From: Gemmatimonadota bacterium
GTDB lineage: Bacteria; Gemmatimonadota; Gemmatimonadetes; Longimicrobiales; Gaopeijiaceae
Assembly (NCBI GenBank): GCA_007121555.1
Contig: SKKH01000022.1
Location: 130 to 64,129 of the forward strand
DNA length: 64,000 nt
Direction of reading: 5' to 3'
Under the pieces are notes generated by a model that had not been told where the DNA came from, did no database searches, and saw only the letters and a program-made list of their open reading frames with translations. Every line of letters begins with the position of its first letter. The stretch's first letter is position 1. Shown here piece after piece: positions 49,639 through 58,943 of the stretch. The position numbers and the translations under genes were made by a program.

Positions 49639-50946
49639 TCACCGTCCGGCGCCTACGCCGGATCCGGGCCTCAGAGTCGGGCGATCCACCGTCCGCACCG
49701 GGGAGCGAACCTCCCGGTCCGTTCCACTCACCGCCGAACCCGAGATCAGGCGGTCGCTGTCGATGAAGAAGACGAAGATCACCGTGGCGAGCGTGCTCAT
49801 GGCCGTGAGGACCGCTCCAAAGAGGAAGCCTTCCACGCCGAGCTGGTCGAGGACCAGAATGGTGGCCGCCAGGGCCATGACGTAGGCCAGGGCCACTGGC
49901 AGCATGACCTTCCACCCCAGGTGCATCACCTGATCGTAACGGAATCTGGGCAGCGTCCAGCGAACCCACATGAACACCAGGACGAAGAAGGCCGTCTTCA
50001 ACGCGAACGAGACGAAGGTCAGGAGGGTCTTCCACCACGCCGGATTCGCCGCCACCGGCTCGCCGGCCGCCGTGAATCCGGAGATGAGCATGCCCTCGTA
50101 CCAGATCATGTGGTCACCCGACCAGAAGGGAATGCTCCACCCTCCCAGGAAGAGGGTGGCCATGAGGGCCGAGGCCGTGAGGATATGGGAGTATTCCGCG
50201 ATGAAGAACATGGAGAACTTCATCCCCGAGTACTCGGTGTGATACCCCGTCACCAACTCCGATTCAGCCTCGGGCAGATCGAAGGGCAGGCGATTCGTCT
50301 CGGCGAAGGCGGAGATCACGAAGAGAATGAACGCGAGCGACAGCGGGAACACGTACCAGAATCCCAGCTGCTGCTGCTCCCAGACGATCTGCGGAAGGGT
50401 GAGGTTCCCCGCCAGCATGAGCACCGGCACGATGGACAGACCCAGCGCCACCTCGTAGCTGACGAGCTGCGAGGCCGAACGGACTCCGCCCAGGAAGGCG
50501 TACTTGTTGTTCGAGGCCCACCCCGCCAGGAAGAGCCCGTAGACCCCCAGCGAACCGAGGGCCAGAACGAAGAGGATCCCGATGGGGATGTCGGCCACGA
50601 TCATCCCTACCGTTCCCCAGGGGGTCTCGAGCGGAGCAGCGAAGGGCACGACGGCGAAGGTGATCACCGCGGGAACGATGGCGAGCGCCGGAGCCAGCAC
50701 GAAGAAGAACCGATTCGCCGTGGCCGGCATCGTCTCTTCCTTCAGGATGTTCTTGAGTCCGTCCGCGGCGGGTTGCAGGATCCCGAAGGGTCCCACCCGG
50801 TTCGGTCCGAGTCGATCCTGGATGAAGCCGGCGAGCCGCCGCTCCATCAGGGTCATGAGGGCCACCACCGCCAGCAGGACGGAGAAGACCAGGAAGACCT
50901 TGATGGACGAGGTGACCAGGAAGGCTGTGGGTGAGAGATCGTTCAT
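49639..50946 (-). CDS. nuoH: NADH-quinone oxidoreductase subunit H (with a roughly 50-aa C-terminal tail)
   Basis: ERRLAGFIQDRLGPNRVGPFGILQP motif and 8 TM helices. Confidence 0.9.
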   Translation of the reverse strand: MNDLSPTAFLVTSSIKVFLVFSVLLAVVALMTLMERRLAGFIQDRLGPNRVGPFGILQPAADGLKNILKEETMPATANRFFFVLAPALAIVPAVITFAVVPFAAPLETPWGTVGMIVADIPIGILFVLALGSLGVYGLFLAGWASNNKYAFLGGVRSASQLVSYEVALGLSIVPVLMLAGNLTLPQIVWEQQQLGFWYVFPLSLAFILFVISAFAETNRLPFDLPEAESELVTGYHTEYSGMKFSMFFIAEYSHILTASALMATLFLGGWSIPFWSGDHMIWYEGMLISGFTAAGEPVAANPAWWKTLLTFVSFALKTAFFVLVFMWVRWTLPRFRYDQVMHLGWKVMLPVALAYVMALAATILVLDQLGVEGFLFGAVLTAMSTLATVIFVFFIDSDRLISGSAVSGTDREVRSPVRTVDRPTLRPGSGVGAGR

Positions 50947-51042
50947 CCGAGCCGTCGATTCAGTGCGTCCATGAGAAGCCCCGACCGGGCGAACACCGAA
51001 GCGCCGCGCGGCCAGGGCCGTCGAATACCGAGGGGTGCTGGA

Positions 51043-52653
51043 TCAACTGCCAGGGAGTGCCACTGGTTCGTTCACGAGAGCACCTCGGGTGCCGATGGTC
51101 TGATAGGAGAGCCCCTGGAGCTCAGGAGCCACTTCCGCCACCTGAAGGAAGGCCTCGGCGGCGGTGGAGATGCCCCGGCCTCCGCCCTCCAGGCGGAGCT
51201 GCAGGGCCGCCAGCGCGATCCAGGCTGGCTGCGCCGCGCCTGTGGCCTGGATTCCGGGCCAGAACCGCTGGACCCGGCCCTGGTGATTGATGAAGGTCCC
51301 CTCCTGCTCCGCGAAGGTGCACCGGGGGAGGAGGAAGTCGGCCTGGCGGGCCGCCGGACTCGGGTGCGCTCCCAGATACATATAGAGAGAGGCCTGTTCA
51401 CCGAACCCCTGATCGAGATCGGCCAATTCGTCTCCCAGGACGATCAGAGTACCGGTGTGGCCCGAGAAATCCTCGAGCCCCCCCCTGCCCTCGTCGTCTC
51501 CGACCCGCTCCATCCCCAGGATCTCTGCGCCCTTTCCGTTCGGAGCCAGATCCCGGCGGCGGGCCAGATCGGAGAATCCGGGCAGGGGAATCTCCTCGTC
51601 CGCCCGAGGCATGCGGTAGACGATGCGGCCGCCACCCAGGTGGTCCACGAGCCTGCGCAGGGCGCCGAGTTCCTCGGTGGAGGCGAAAGGCGAGGCCACG
51701 GCTAGTGCCGGCCTTGGATCGTCGAGCCGCTCGGCCAGCTCATCCAGGACCGAGCTCCAGTCGGTGATCACGTACTCCCCCCCCACCTTGTAGGCCGGGG
51801 CCTCCAGCCGGTCCTCCCGATTCATCCATTCGTACCGATGGCGACCGTAATCGCACATCCAGTACTCGTTCACGGAGAGGTTGGCCCGAGGTTTGATTCG
51901 CTGGACGCGATTGTCCCGGACGTGAAGGTCGATGTTGCACCCCTGGGAGCAGTTCGGGCAGATGCTCGGGGTGTGGTCCAGATCCCAGGCCCGGGCCTTG
52001 TGGAGGAAGTCCTTCGACACCAGGGCCCCGACGGGACAGATGTCCACGATGTTTCCGGCGTAGGGCGAGCCCTCGACCCCATCCTCGAAGAAGGTGTCGA
52101 TGATTGACCGGTTTCCCCGCTCCACCACGGTGAGGCGAGGATCCTGGGCCTTCTCTTCCATGAACCGGACGCACCGGGTGCACATGACGCATCGATCGCC
52201 GTAGAAGAGGATGTCTCCCCCGAAGTCATCCCGACCGAAGACCCGCTTCGGCTCTCGACTCCGGCCGTGCTTCCGGCCCTCGGCGTGCACGTAGTCCTGG
52301 AGCTTGCATTCCCCGGACTGGTCACAGATGGGGCAGTCGAGGGGGTGGTTCGCCAGGTAGAACTCCAGGACCCCCTGCCGCATCTCCGTGGCCTGCTCAC
52401 TCTCGGTCAGGACGACCTGGCCGTCCTGCGCAGCGGTGACGCAGGAGGCCTGCAGCTTGGGCGCCCCCTGAACCTCCACCAGGCAGAGGCGGCACTGGGC
52501 CGGGGCCGTAAGGCCCGGATGGTAGCAGTAGTGAGGCACACGCGTACCCATGGACTCGGCGGCCTGGAGGATCGTCGTTCCCTTGGGAACGGTCACCTCC
52601 TGGCCATCGATGGTCAGGGTTACGGTTTCCTGGGTCGCTTTGGAATCTGCCAT
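51043..52653 (-). CDS. nuoG: NADH-quinone oxidoreductase subunit G (compact, 536 aa)
   Basis: N-terminal 2Fe-2S motif CYHPGLTAPAQCRLCLVEV, then CDQSGECKLQD, CVMCTRCVRF, and CPVGAL clusters. Confidence 0.85.
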   Translation of the reverse strand: MADSKATQETVTLTIDGQEVTVPKGTTILQAAESMGTRVPHYCYHPGLTAPAQCRLCLVEVQGAPKLQASCVTAAQDGQVVLTESEQATEMRQGVLEFYLANHPLDCPICDQSGECKLQDYVHAEGRKHGRSREPKRVFGRDDFGGDILFYGDRCVMCTRCVRFMEEKAQDPRLTVVERGNRSIIDTFFEDGVEGSPYAGNIVDICPVGALVSKDFLHKARAWDLDHTPSICPNCSQGCNIDLHVRDNRVQRIKPRANLSVNEYWMCDYGRHRYEWMNREDRLEAPAYKVGGEYVITDWSSVLDELAERLDDPRPALAVASPFASTEELGALRRLVDHLGGGRIVYRMPRADEEIPLPGFSDLARRRDLAPNGKGAEILGMERVGDDEGRGGLEDFSGHTGTLIVLGDELADLDQGFGEQASLYMYLGAHPSPAARQADFLLPRCTFAEQEGTFINHQGRVQRFWPGIQATGAAQPAWIALAALQLRLEGGGRGISTAAEAFLQVAEVAPELQGLSYQTIGTRGALVNEPVALPGS

Positions 52654-52690
52654 AACTTGAACTCGATCGGAGAAGTGAGGTGCGCGACCT

Positions 52691-53983
52691 TCAGGCCGCG
52701 CCCACCTTCTCTCCCCGACGGATGAGTGCGAGGTAGTCGTCGCGGAACTTCTCGATGGAAGAGGCGACGGGAGCCGCGGCCGAATCCGAAAGGACGCAGA
52801 TCGTCGTGCCGGTCATCTGGTCTCCCAGTTCCAGGAGGGTGTCCAGATCGTCTTCCCTGCCCCGCCCATTCTCGATCCGGACGAGGATCCTGGAGAGCCA
52901 CTGTGTTCCTTCCCGGCATGGGGTGCACTGTCCGCAGGACTCGTGAGCGTAGAAGTCCACCATCCGCCGGACCTGCTTCACGATGTTCGTGCTGTCGTCC
53001 ATGACGATGACCGACGCGCAGCCCAGCATGGAACCGCACTCCACCACGCCTTCGTAATCCAGGGAGCAGGCTTCGGCCTCTTCGGCCGACATGATGGGCA
53101 CCGAACTGCCGCCCGGGATCACAGCCTTCAGGGAACGCCCTTCCCGGAGGCCTCCACAGACGTCGTAGATCAACTCCTTCATGGGGAAGCCCAGAGGGAG
53201 TTCATAGTTGCCGGGGCGCCGAACGTGTCCGCTCACACAGAACAGCTTGGTCCCCGGACTCTTCTCGGTGCCCCACTGCCGGTACCACTCCCCCCCGTGC
53301 TCCACGATGTGCGGCACCGCTGAGAGAGTCTCCACATTGTTGATCGTGGTGGGCTTGCCGAAGGCCCCGACCGCCGCCGGAAAGGGAGGCTTGACGCGGG
53401 GCAGGCCGCGCCGACCCTCGAGGGAGTTCATCAGCGCCGTCTCTTCGCCACAGATGTACGCACCGGCCCCGGCGAAGACGGTGATGTCGATCCTGTGACC
53501 CGTTCCCAGGATGTCCTCGCCCACGTATCCCGCTTCGTAGGCCTCTTCCACGGCTCGGGCCATCACCTGTGTGGCCTCGAAGAACTCCCCGCGACAGTAG
53601 ATGTAGACGTGCTCGGCCTGGATCGCGTAGGCCCCGATGAGACATCCTTCGATGAGCTGATGGGGGCTCCAACGCAGGTGTTCCCGATCCTTGAAGGTCC
53701 CGGGCTCCGATTCGTCGGCGTTGCAGAGGAGGTAGTGGGGACCCTTCTTCTCCTTGGGCATGAAGGACCACTTCACGCCGGTGGGGAAGCCCGCGCCGCC
53801 CCGCCCTCGCAGTCCCGATGCCTTGACCTCCTCGATGACCTTCTCCCGCCCCATCTCGAAGGCTTTGCCCAGCGCCTGGTAGCCCCCCAGCGCCTTCCAG
53901 CCCTCCAGGGTACGGGTCCTGGGATCGCCCCAGCCCCGGCTGAGAACCCGGACCTCCTTTTCGTGCGTGTAAGGATACGCCAT
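52691..53983 (-). CDS. nuoF: NADH-quinone oxidoreductase subunit F
   Basis: GLRGRGGAGFPTGVKW FMN/NADH motif and the ESCGQCTPCREG 4Fe-4S motif. Confidence 0.95.
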   Translation of the reverse strand: MAYPYTHEKEVRVLSRGWGDPRTRTLEGWKALGGYQALGKAFEMGREKVIEEVKASGLRGRGGAGFPTGVKWSFMPKEKKGPHYLLCNADESEPGTFKDREHLRWSPHQLIEGCLIGAYAIQAEHVYIYCRGEFFEATQVMARAVEEAYEAGYVGEDILGTGHRIDITVFAGAGAYICGEETALMNSLEGRRGLPRVKPPFPAAVGAFGKPTTINNVETLSAVPHIVEHGGEWYRQWGTEKSPGTKLFCVSGHVRRPGNYELPLGFPMKELIYDVCGGLREGRSLKAVIPGGSSVPIMSAEEAEACSLDYEGVVECGSMLGCASVIVMDDSTNIVKQVRRMVDFYAHESCGQCTPCREGTQWLSRILVRIENGRGREDDLDTLLELGDQMTGTTICVLSDSAAAPVASSIEKFRDDYLALIRRGEKVGAA

Positions 53984-53986
53984 GGA

Positions 53987-54667
53987 TCAGCTCGCCTCGT
54001 CCCGAAGTCGGTCCAGGATCGCCGGCACATCGGCCGGCGTCACATTCTCGAAGTACCGGGAATTGATCTGGATCGCGGTCGGGGTCCCGCACGCGGCCAG
54101 GCATTCCACCTCCATCACGGTGAAGAGGCCGTCTTCCGTGGTTTCGCCCATCTCGGTCTCCGTGGCCTCGAGAAAGGCCGCCAGTACCTCATCTCCCCCA
54201 CAGAGGTTGCACGAGATGTTCGTGCAGACCTGGATGAGGAATCGGCCCACCGGCCGCTTGTTGTACATGGTGTAGAAGGTGGCCACACCCCGGACGTAGG
54301 CGTCGGAGAGCCCCAGCATTCCCCCTACCTCCCGCATGGTGTCCTGAGAGATGTGGCCCCGGATCTCCTGGGCCAGGTTCAGCGCCGGGAGCAGAGCCGC
54401 GCGAGCCGTGGGGAACCGGGAGCGGATCTTCTCGAAACGCTCCTCGTAGGGGCCCTCGAAGAGAGGTGCCTCCGGTTCCCGGTCCTTGAGCATGTAGGGA
54501 TAGGTGGGCGCACGTCCGGGGTGCCCCCCATGGGCGGGGAGGTCTCCCACGTATTCCTCCCCACGAACCAACTCCTCGGTCAGGTCGAACTCCCCGGTGT
54601 TCCCGGCCCAACCCGGATTACGGAAGGGGATCTCGTCCGCACCGGACGGCTTCACCGAATCACTCAC
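53987..54667 (-). CDS. nuoE: NADH-quinone oxidoreductase subunit E
   Basis: 2Fe-2S cysteines CTNISCNLCGG and VECLAACG. A GTG at 54667 overlaps the nuoD stop (GTGA). An internal ATG (MLKDREPE) is an alternative start. The track ORF to 55339 is an overlap artefact. Confidence 0.85.
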   Translation of the reverse strand: MSDSVKPSGADEIPFRNPGWAGNTGEFDLTEELVRGEEYVGDLPAHGGHPGRAPTYPYMLKDREPEAPLFEGPYEERFEKIRSRFPTARAALLPALNLAQEIRGHISQDTMREVGGMLGLSDAYVRGVATFYTMYNKRPVGRFLIQVCTNISCNLCGGDEVLAAFLEATETEMGETTEDGLFTVMEVECLAACGTPTAIQINSRYFENVTPADVPAILDRLRDEAS

Positions 54668-55941
54668 CGGTCGATTTCTCCCAGGACGATGTCCAGGCTG
54701 GCGTTCACCATGATCACGTCTGCAAATAGCCCTCCCTCCACGAGCTTCGGGATCACGGAGAGGTTGATGAAGGAGGGGGGCCGCACGCGCCAGCGCACGG
54801 GTTTGGATCCGCCATCGCTCACCACGTACATCCCGAGTTCGCCCTTCGACCCCTCGATGGAGAAGTGGGACTCGCCGGGAGGCGCCTTCACCCCCTCCAT
54901 GACCAGCTTGAAATGGTGGATCATGGACTCCATGTCGTTCATGAGGTCCGTCTTCGACGGGAGGATGACCCGGGGGTCGTCCACATTCATGGGCCCATCG
55001 GGAAGTCGGTCCAGGGCCTGGTGAAGAATCCGACAGCTCTGGCGCATCTCTTCGATCCGCACCATGTACCGGTCGTAGCAGTCCCCATGCTCGCCGATGG
55101 GGACTTCGAACTCGTAGGTCTCGTAGTCGTAGTAGGGCCGGTCCTTGCGCACATCGTAGGGAACGCCGGAGGCCCTGAGGTTGGGTCCGGAGAAGCCGCA
55201 GTTGATGGCATCCTCCCCGTTGATGACCCCCACGCCCTGGGTCCGGCCGATGTGGATCGCGTTGTGCGAGAGCAGGGACTCGATCTCGTCGAGGGTCTGG
55301 GGAAACTGGTTCACGAACTCCCGGACTCCTTCGAGCCACCCCTCCGGGAGGTCGGCCATCATTCCCCCGATCCGGGTGGCCGAGGTCGTGATCCGGGCCC
55401 CCGTGTAGGCCTCGTGGAGGGTGTAGACCTTCTCGCGCTGCTGGAAGGCGTAGAGAAAGGGCGTGAACGCTCCCACGTCGATGGCCCAGGTTCCCAGCCA
55501 GAGCAAGTGTGAGAAGATCCGGTCCAGCTCCATCATCACCACCCGGGTCACCTTGCAGCGCTCGGTGACCTCGACGCCCATCATCTTCTCCACGGCCATG
55601 GCGTAGGCACAGTTGTAGATGAAGGGAGCCAGGTAGTCCATCCGGTCGGTGAGAGGAATGACCTGGTTCCAGGTCCGATACTCTCCGAGCTTTTCGAAGG
55701 AGGAGTGGAGGTACCCGATGTGGGGCAGACAGCGGACCACCGTCTCCCCGTCCAGTTCCAGGACGAGGCGCAACACCCCGTGGGTCGCCGGGTGCTGGGG
55801 ACCCACGTTGATGAGCATCTTCTCCGACCGGAGAACCGGCTCGGTCAGGTCAACGGGGGGCAATACTCCGTGGGCAGGACGAAAGTCCATCCCCATCTCG
55901 GGAGTACGGCTCACCTCGAGTTCGACGGTCTTCTTCGACAT
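54664..55941 (-). CDS. nuoD: NADH-quinone oxidoreductase subunit D
   Basis: INVGPQHPATHGVLRLVLELDGE motif. ATG at 55941 (MSKKTVELEV). Confidence 0.95.
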   Translation of the reverse strand: MSKKTVELEVSRTPEMGMDFRPAHGVLPPVDLTEPVLRSEKMLINVGPQHPATHGVLRLVLELDGETVVRCLPHIGYLHSSFEKLGEYRTWNQVIPLTDRMDYLAPFIYNCAYAMAVEKMMGVEVTERCKVTRVVMMELDRIFSHLLWLGTWAIDVGAFTPFLYAFQQREKVYTLHEAYTGARITTSATRIGGMMADLPEGWLEGVREFVNQFPQTLDEIESLLSHNAIHIGRTQGVGVINGEDAINCGFSGPNLRASGVPYDVRKDRPYYDYETYEFEVPIGEHGDCYDRYMVRIEEMRQSCRILHQALDRLPDGPMNVDDPRVILPSKTDLMNDMESMIHHFKLVMEGVKAPPGESHFSIEGSKGELGMYVVSDGGSKPVRWRVRPPSFINLSVIPKLVEGGLFADVIMVNASLDIVLGEIDR

Positions 55942-55984
55942 GGGTCCTCGTTCGGATCGATGATCCAGGGAAGTCGCCACCGGG

Positions 55985-56734
55985 TCAGCCCCGGTCGGCG
56001 TCCTCCTCGGCGGAGCCCTGGTTCGCTGATCCAGGGGAATCCTCTTCGAGTGGTACCGGCTCCCCCCCCACCTCCTGCCAACCCACGACCTGAAAGTCGC
56101 GCCCCGGCCCGTAGTCCGCGGGGATGTAGTAGTCCTCCGGAGTCTGGGCGAGGGCGCGCCGTGTCTGCTCCGCCCTCGAAAACCGCCCGCGAAGGGGGAA
56201 GTCCTTCCGGAGGGGGTGTCCCTCCTCGTATCCCTCGGGCATGAGGATGCGGCGCAGGTCCGGATGATTTCGGAAACGCACCCCGAACATGTCCCAGACC
56301 TCACGCTCGAGCCAGTTGGCAGCTTCCCACAGAGGCACGACCGAGTCGATCTCCAGCTCGGAGAGCGGAAGCTCCACCTTCAGCCGGATTGCCCTGCGCA
56401 TGGGGATGGAATAGAGCTGGTAGACCACCTGGATCGGACGCCCCGATCCGTAGTCGACTGCGGTGAGGTCGGAGAGATAGTTGTAGAAATGGTCCGGGTC
56501 CGTCTTGAGCCATTCAATGATCTCGAAGGCGCGCTCGGGGCTCACGAAGACCACGTGCTCGTCTCCAGCCACGACCTCATGACGAAGCACAGCGTCTCCG
56601 AATCGCTCCTCCAGCCCGAGGACGGACGGATGCGCCTGATCCTTCCCGTCCAGGGAAACCAGACCGGTCTCCTGTTCTTCAGCCTCATCGGGCAGGGGAG
56701 CCTCCCGGTAGCCGGAAGATTCATCGCTGCTCAT
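55985..56734 (-). CDS. nuoC: NADH-quinone oxidoreductase subunit C
   Basis: LSDLTAVDY, ANWLEREVWDMFGVRFRNHPDLRRILM motifs. Confidence 0.9.
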   Translation of the reverse strand: MSSDESSGYREAPLPDEAEEQETGLVSLDGKDQAHPSVLGLEERFGDAVLRHEVVAGDEHVVFVSPERAFEIIEWLKTDPDHFYNYLSDLTAVDYGSGRPIQVVYQLYSIPMRRAIRLKVELPLSELEIDSVVPLWEAANWLEREVWDMFGVRFRNHPDLRRILMPEGYEEGHPLRKDFPLRGRFSRAEQTRRALAQTPEDYYIPADYGPGRDFQVVGWQEVGGEPVPLEEDSPGSANQGSAEEDADRG

Positions 56735-56786
56735 GCAGCCGCTCCTGGGATTTCATCGGAGAGGGTGGATCGCGAAAACGAACGCA

Positions 56787-57464
56787 TCAGGGGGCCCTGT
56801 CCTTCGGCCGCTCCGTGGGAATTCCGGTCTCGAGTCCGCTGGCCCGATTCTGCAAGGTGGAGTTGCCGAAAGGGCCGGAGAGGGCCGCGACCTCATGGGC
56901 ATCGGCCAGAGGCCGACCCACCTGGTCGGGATCCTCGGCCCGGTTCGCGGCGTGCTCACCCAACGTCTCCCCGCGGATCTTTTCCTGGATCATGATCAGG
57001 CCGTAGATAAGGGCTTCGGGCCGGGGCGGGCAGCCCGGCACGTAGACGTCCACCGGAATGATCGTGTCGATGCCCTGAACCATCGAATAGGCATCGAAGA
57101 CGCCACCCGAGGAGGCGCAAGCCCCCATGGACACGCACCACTTGGGCTGGGGCATCTGATCCCAGATCCTCCGGAGGACCGGAGCCAGCTTGTATGGAAC
57201 CCGCCCGGCACAGATGAGCACATCCGCCTGGCGAGGGGAGAAGGACATCCGCTCCATCCCGAACCTGGCCAGGTCGTGGGTCGAAGCCGCCGACGCCATC
57301 ATCTCGATGGCGCAGCAGGCCGTGCCGAAGGGCATGGGCCAGAGAGAATTCCTGCGGGCCCAGTTCACGACGAAGTCGACTTTGGTCGTCAGGAAGGTGG
57401 GCGTACCCTGTCCGAAGATTCCTCCGGGAAGCCCACTTCCCTGCTCCTTTGTCCGGTCGCTCAT
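56787..57464 (-). CDS. nuoB: NADH-quinone oxidoreductase subunit B
   Basis: [16 protein letters not shown] and GCPPRPEAL motifs. The ATG at 57464 overlaps the nuoA stop as ATGA. Confidence 0.95.
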   Translation of the reverse strand: MSDRTKEQGSGLPGGIFGQGTPTFLTTKVDFVVNWARRNSLWPMPFGTACCAIEMMASAASTHDLARFGMERMSFSPRQADVLICAGRVPYKLAPVLRRIWDQMPQPKWCVSMGACASSGGVFDAYSMVQGIDTIIPVDVYVPGCPPRPEALIYGLIMIQEKIRGETLGEHAANRAEDPDQVGRPLADAHEVAALSGPFGNSTLQNRASGLETGIPTERPKDRAP

Positions 57465-57817
57465 TGCCAGTCCAGACCTCCCTTCCGCCACTCGTAGATG
57501 AGTCCAACCACCAGGATGACCACGAAGATGGAGACGGCGATGAAGCCCTCCCACCCCAGCGTCCTCATCTCCACGGCCCAGGGGATCAGGAAGATCGCCT
57601 CGAGGTCGAAGATGATGAAGCTGATGGCCACCATGTAGAATTTGACTGAGAACCGGGCCCGGGTATCCCCCAGGGGCACCATTCCCGACTCGTAGGGCAT
57701 GTCCTTTTCAGGAGTGGCCCGTCGGGGATTCAGGATGTGCGCCGCCGCCAGCATTCCCACCGCATTGACGATGGAGACACCGAACAGGAGCAGTACCGGA
57801 AGGTAGCTTTCCGTCAT
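57461..57817 (-). CDS. nuoA: NADH-quinone oxidoreductase subunit A
   Basis: 118 aa, three TM helices, [12 protein letters not shown] and [11 protein letters not shown] motifs. Confidence 0.9.
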   Translation of the reverse strand: MTESYLPVLLLFGVSIVNAVGMLAAAHILNPRRATPEKDMPYESGMVPLGDTRARFSVKFYMVAISFIIFDLEAIFLIPWAVEMRTLGWEGFIAVSIFVVILVVGLIYEWRKGGLDWQ

Positions 57818-57869
57818 AGCCCGAAGTGGCAGTTCTTGATTGTGAAATCGTTCACGTTCTGAGACTTCG

Positions 57870-57899
57870 AATGTACCCGAAATTGCGGAGGGGTGTCAA
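57870..57899 (-). promoter_or_regulatory. Candidate sigma-70-type promoter for the nuo operon
   Basis: Minus strand reads TTGACA (57899-57894), an 18-nt spacer, then TACATT (57875-57870). This lies about 50 nt upstream of the nuoA ATG in a locally AT-rich divergent gap. Confidence 0.35.
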
Positions 57900-57947
57900 C
57901 CCGAAACGCACCCCCTGGAGGGCGGTGGAGAGGGCTGACGGCGGGCC

Positions 57948-57977
57948 TTGTCCGTTCCCCCGCCGCACCCCTATAAT
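57948..57977 (+). promoter_or_regulatory. Candidate sigma-70-type promoter for dcd
   Basis: TTGTCC (57948-57953), an 18-nt spacer, then a perfect TATAAT (57972-57977), about 70 nt upstream of the dcd ATG. Confidence 0.35.
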
Positions 57978-58045
57978 CAGCCCGTTTTCGGTCCGGTTCC
58001 TTCGGTTCCGTCCCCTCCAATTCTCCCCACCGCCCCCTGCCCAGG

Positions 58046-58600
58046 ATGACGATTCGGAGCGATCGCTGGATCCGGAAGATGAGCACTGAACACGGGATGA
58101 TCGAGCCCTTCGAACCCGGACAGGTCCGAGACGGGGTGATCTCCTACGGGGTCTCCTCCTTCGGGTACGACATCCGGGTGGCTCCTGAGTTCAAGGTCTT
58201 CACCAACGTCCACAACGTCGTGGTCGACCCCAAGGCCTTCGATGATCGCTCCTTCGTGGATGTCCACGAGGAGAGCTGCACGATCCCCCCGAACTCCTTC
58301 GCTCTGGCGCGAACGGTGGAGTACTTCCGGGTGCCCAGGGACACCCTGGTGCTGTGTGTGGGGAAGAGTACCTACGCCCGATGCGGAATCATCGTGAACG
58401 TGACTCCGCTGGAACCGAGCTGGGAGGGCTTCCTGACCCTGGAGATCTCGAACACCACCCCTCTTCCGGCCCGAATCTACGCGAACGAGGGCATCGCCCA
58501 GCTGCTCTTCTTCCAGGGCGACGAGGAGCCCGAAGTGGCCTACGCCGACCGGAAAGGGAAGTACCAGAGCCAGACCGGTGTGACGCTGCCGAAGCTTTAG
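58046..58600 (+). CDS. dcd: dCTP deaminase
   Basis: [42 protein letters not shown], and [13 protein letters not shown] motifs. Confidence 0.9.
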   Translation: MTIRSDRWIRKMSTEHGMIEPFEPGQVRDGVISYGVSSFGYDIRVAPEFKVFTNVHNVVVDPKAFDDRSFVDVHEESCTIPPNSFALARTVEYFRVPRDTLVLCVGKSTYARCGIIVNVTPLEPSWEGFLTLEISNTTPLPARIYANEGIAQLLFFQGDEEPEVAYADRKGKYQSQTGVTLPKL

Positions 58601-58630
58601 AAGGCTGTTGAAGAACAGGAGCGACCGCCG
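58597..58630 (+). repeat. 34-nt module TTAGAAGGCTGTTGAAGAACAGGAGCGACCGCCG, identical to the minus strand of 28153-28186
   Basis: Exact 34/34 match read by eye. Its TAG is the dcd stop codon. Confidence 0.85.
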
Positions 58631-58656
58631 TTGGGAGCGCCAGGCCGCTGGATCCA

Positions 58657-58842
58657 AGGCGGCTCGCCGCAGGCATAGCGGACGAGCTACGTCGAGGCGG
58701 ACGAACGACCGAGGTGGGCACCTGCCGCCCCAACCGAGCGGCTGATGACGCAGCAGCGCGCAGCGCCTGGGGCGCGTCCCCCGCGAGACCTCCGAGCACT
58801 GCGCAGGAGAACCCGACGGAGGAAGGGCGAGGCGGAGGGCGG
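58657..58842 (+). repeat. Copy 2 of the conserved noncoding repeat (core 58724-58816)
   Basis: Hand alignment to 27887-28060, same strand. The core is nearly identical and the flanks are more diverged. Confidence 0.8.
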
Positions 58843-58878
58843 AAGGGGGCTCCCTGAGGCACCTCCCGGCGGTTCAGT

Positions 58879-58927
58879 CCCCCAGTTCCATATTCCGGAA
58901 CTCGGTTCCGGAATATGGAACTGGGGG
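58879..58927. terminator. Perfect 49-nt palindrome (23-bp stem, 3-nt loop) between convergent dcd and the FKBP gene; probable bidirectional terminator or protein-binding site
   Basis: CCCCCAGTTCCATATTCCGGAAC, loop TCG, then GTTCCGGAATATGGAACTGGGGG. No mismatch. The centre is AT-rich in a GC-rich genome. Confidence 0.6.
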
Positions 58928-58943
58928 GACCCGTCCTCCGGGG

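Noticed and set aside
57827-57840. Sigma-54 promoter-like TGGCAGTTCTTGAT in the nuoA/dcd divergent gap, given that rpoN is encoded in the window.
   Set aside because: Spacing and the -12 element do not fit GG-N10-GC: the position that should be GC is TT. It is probably a chance resemblance.
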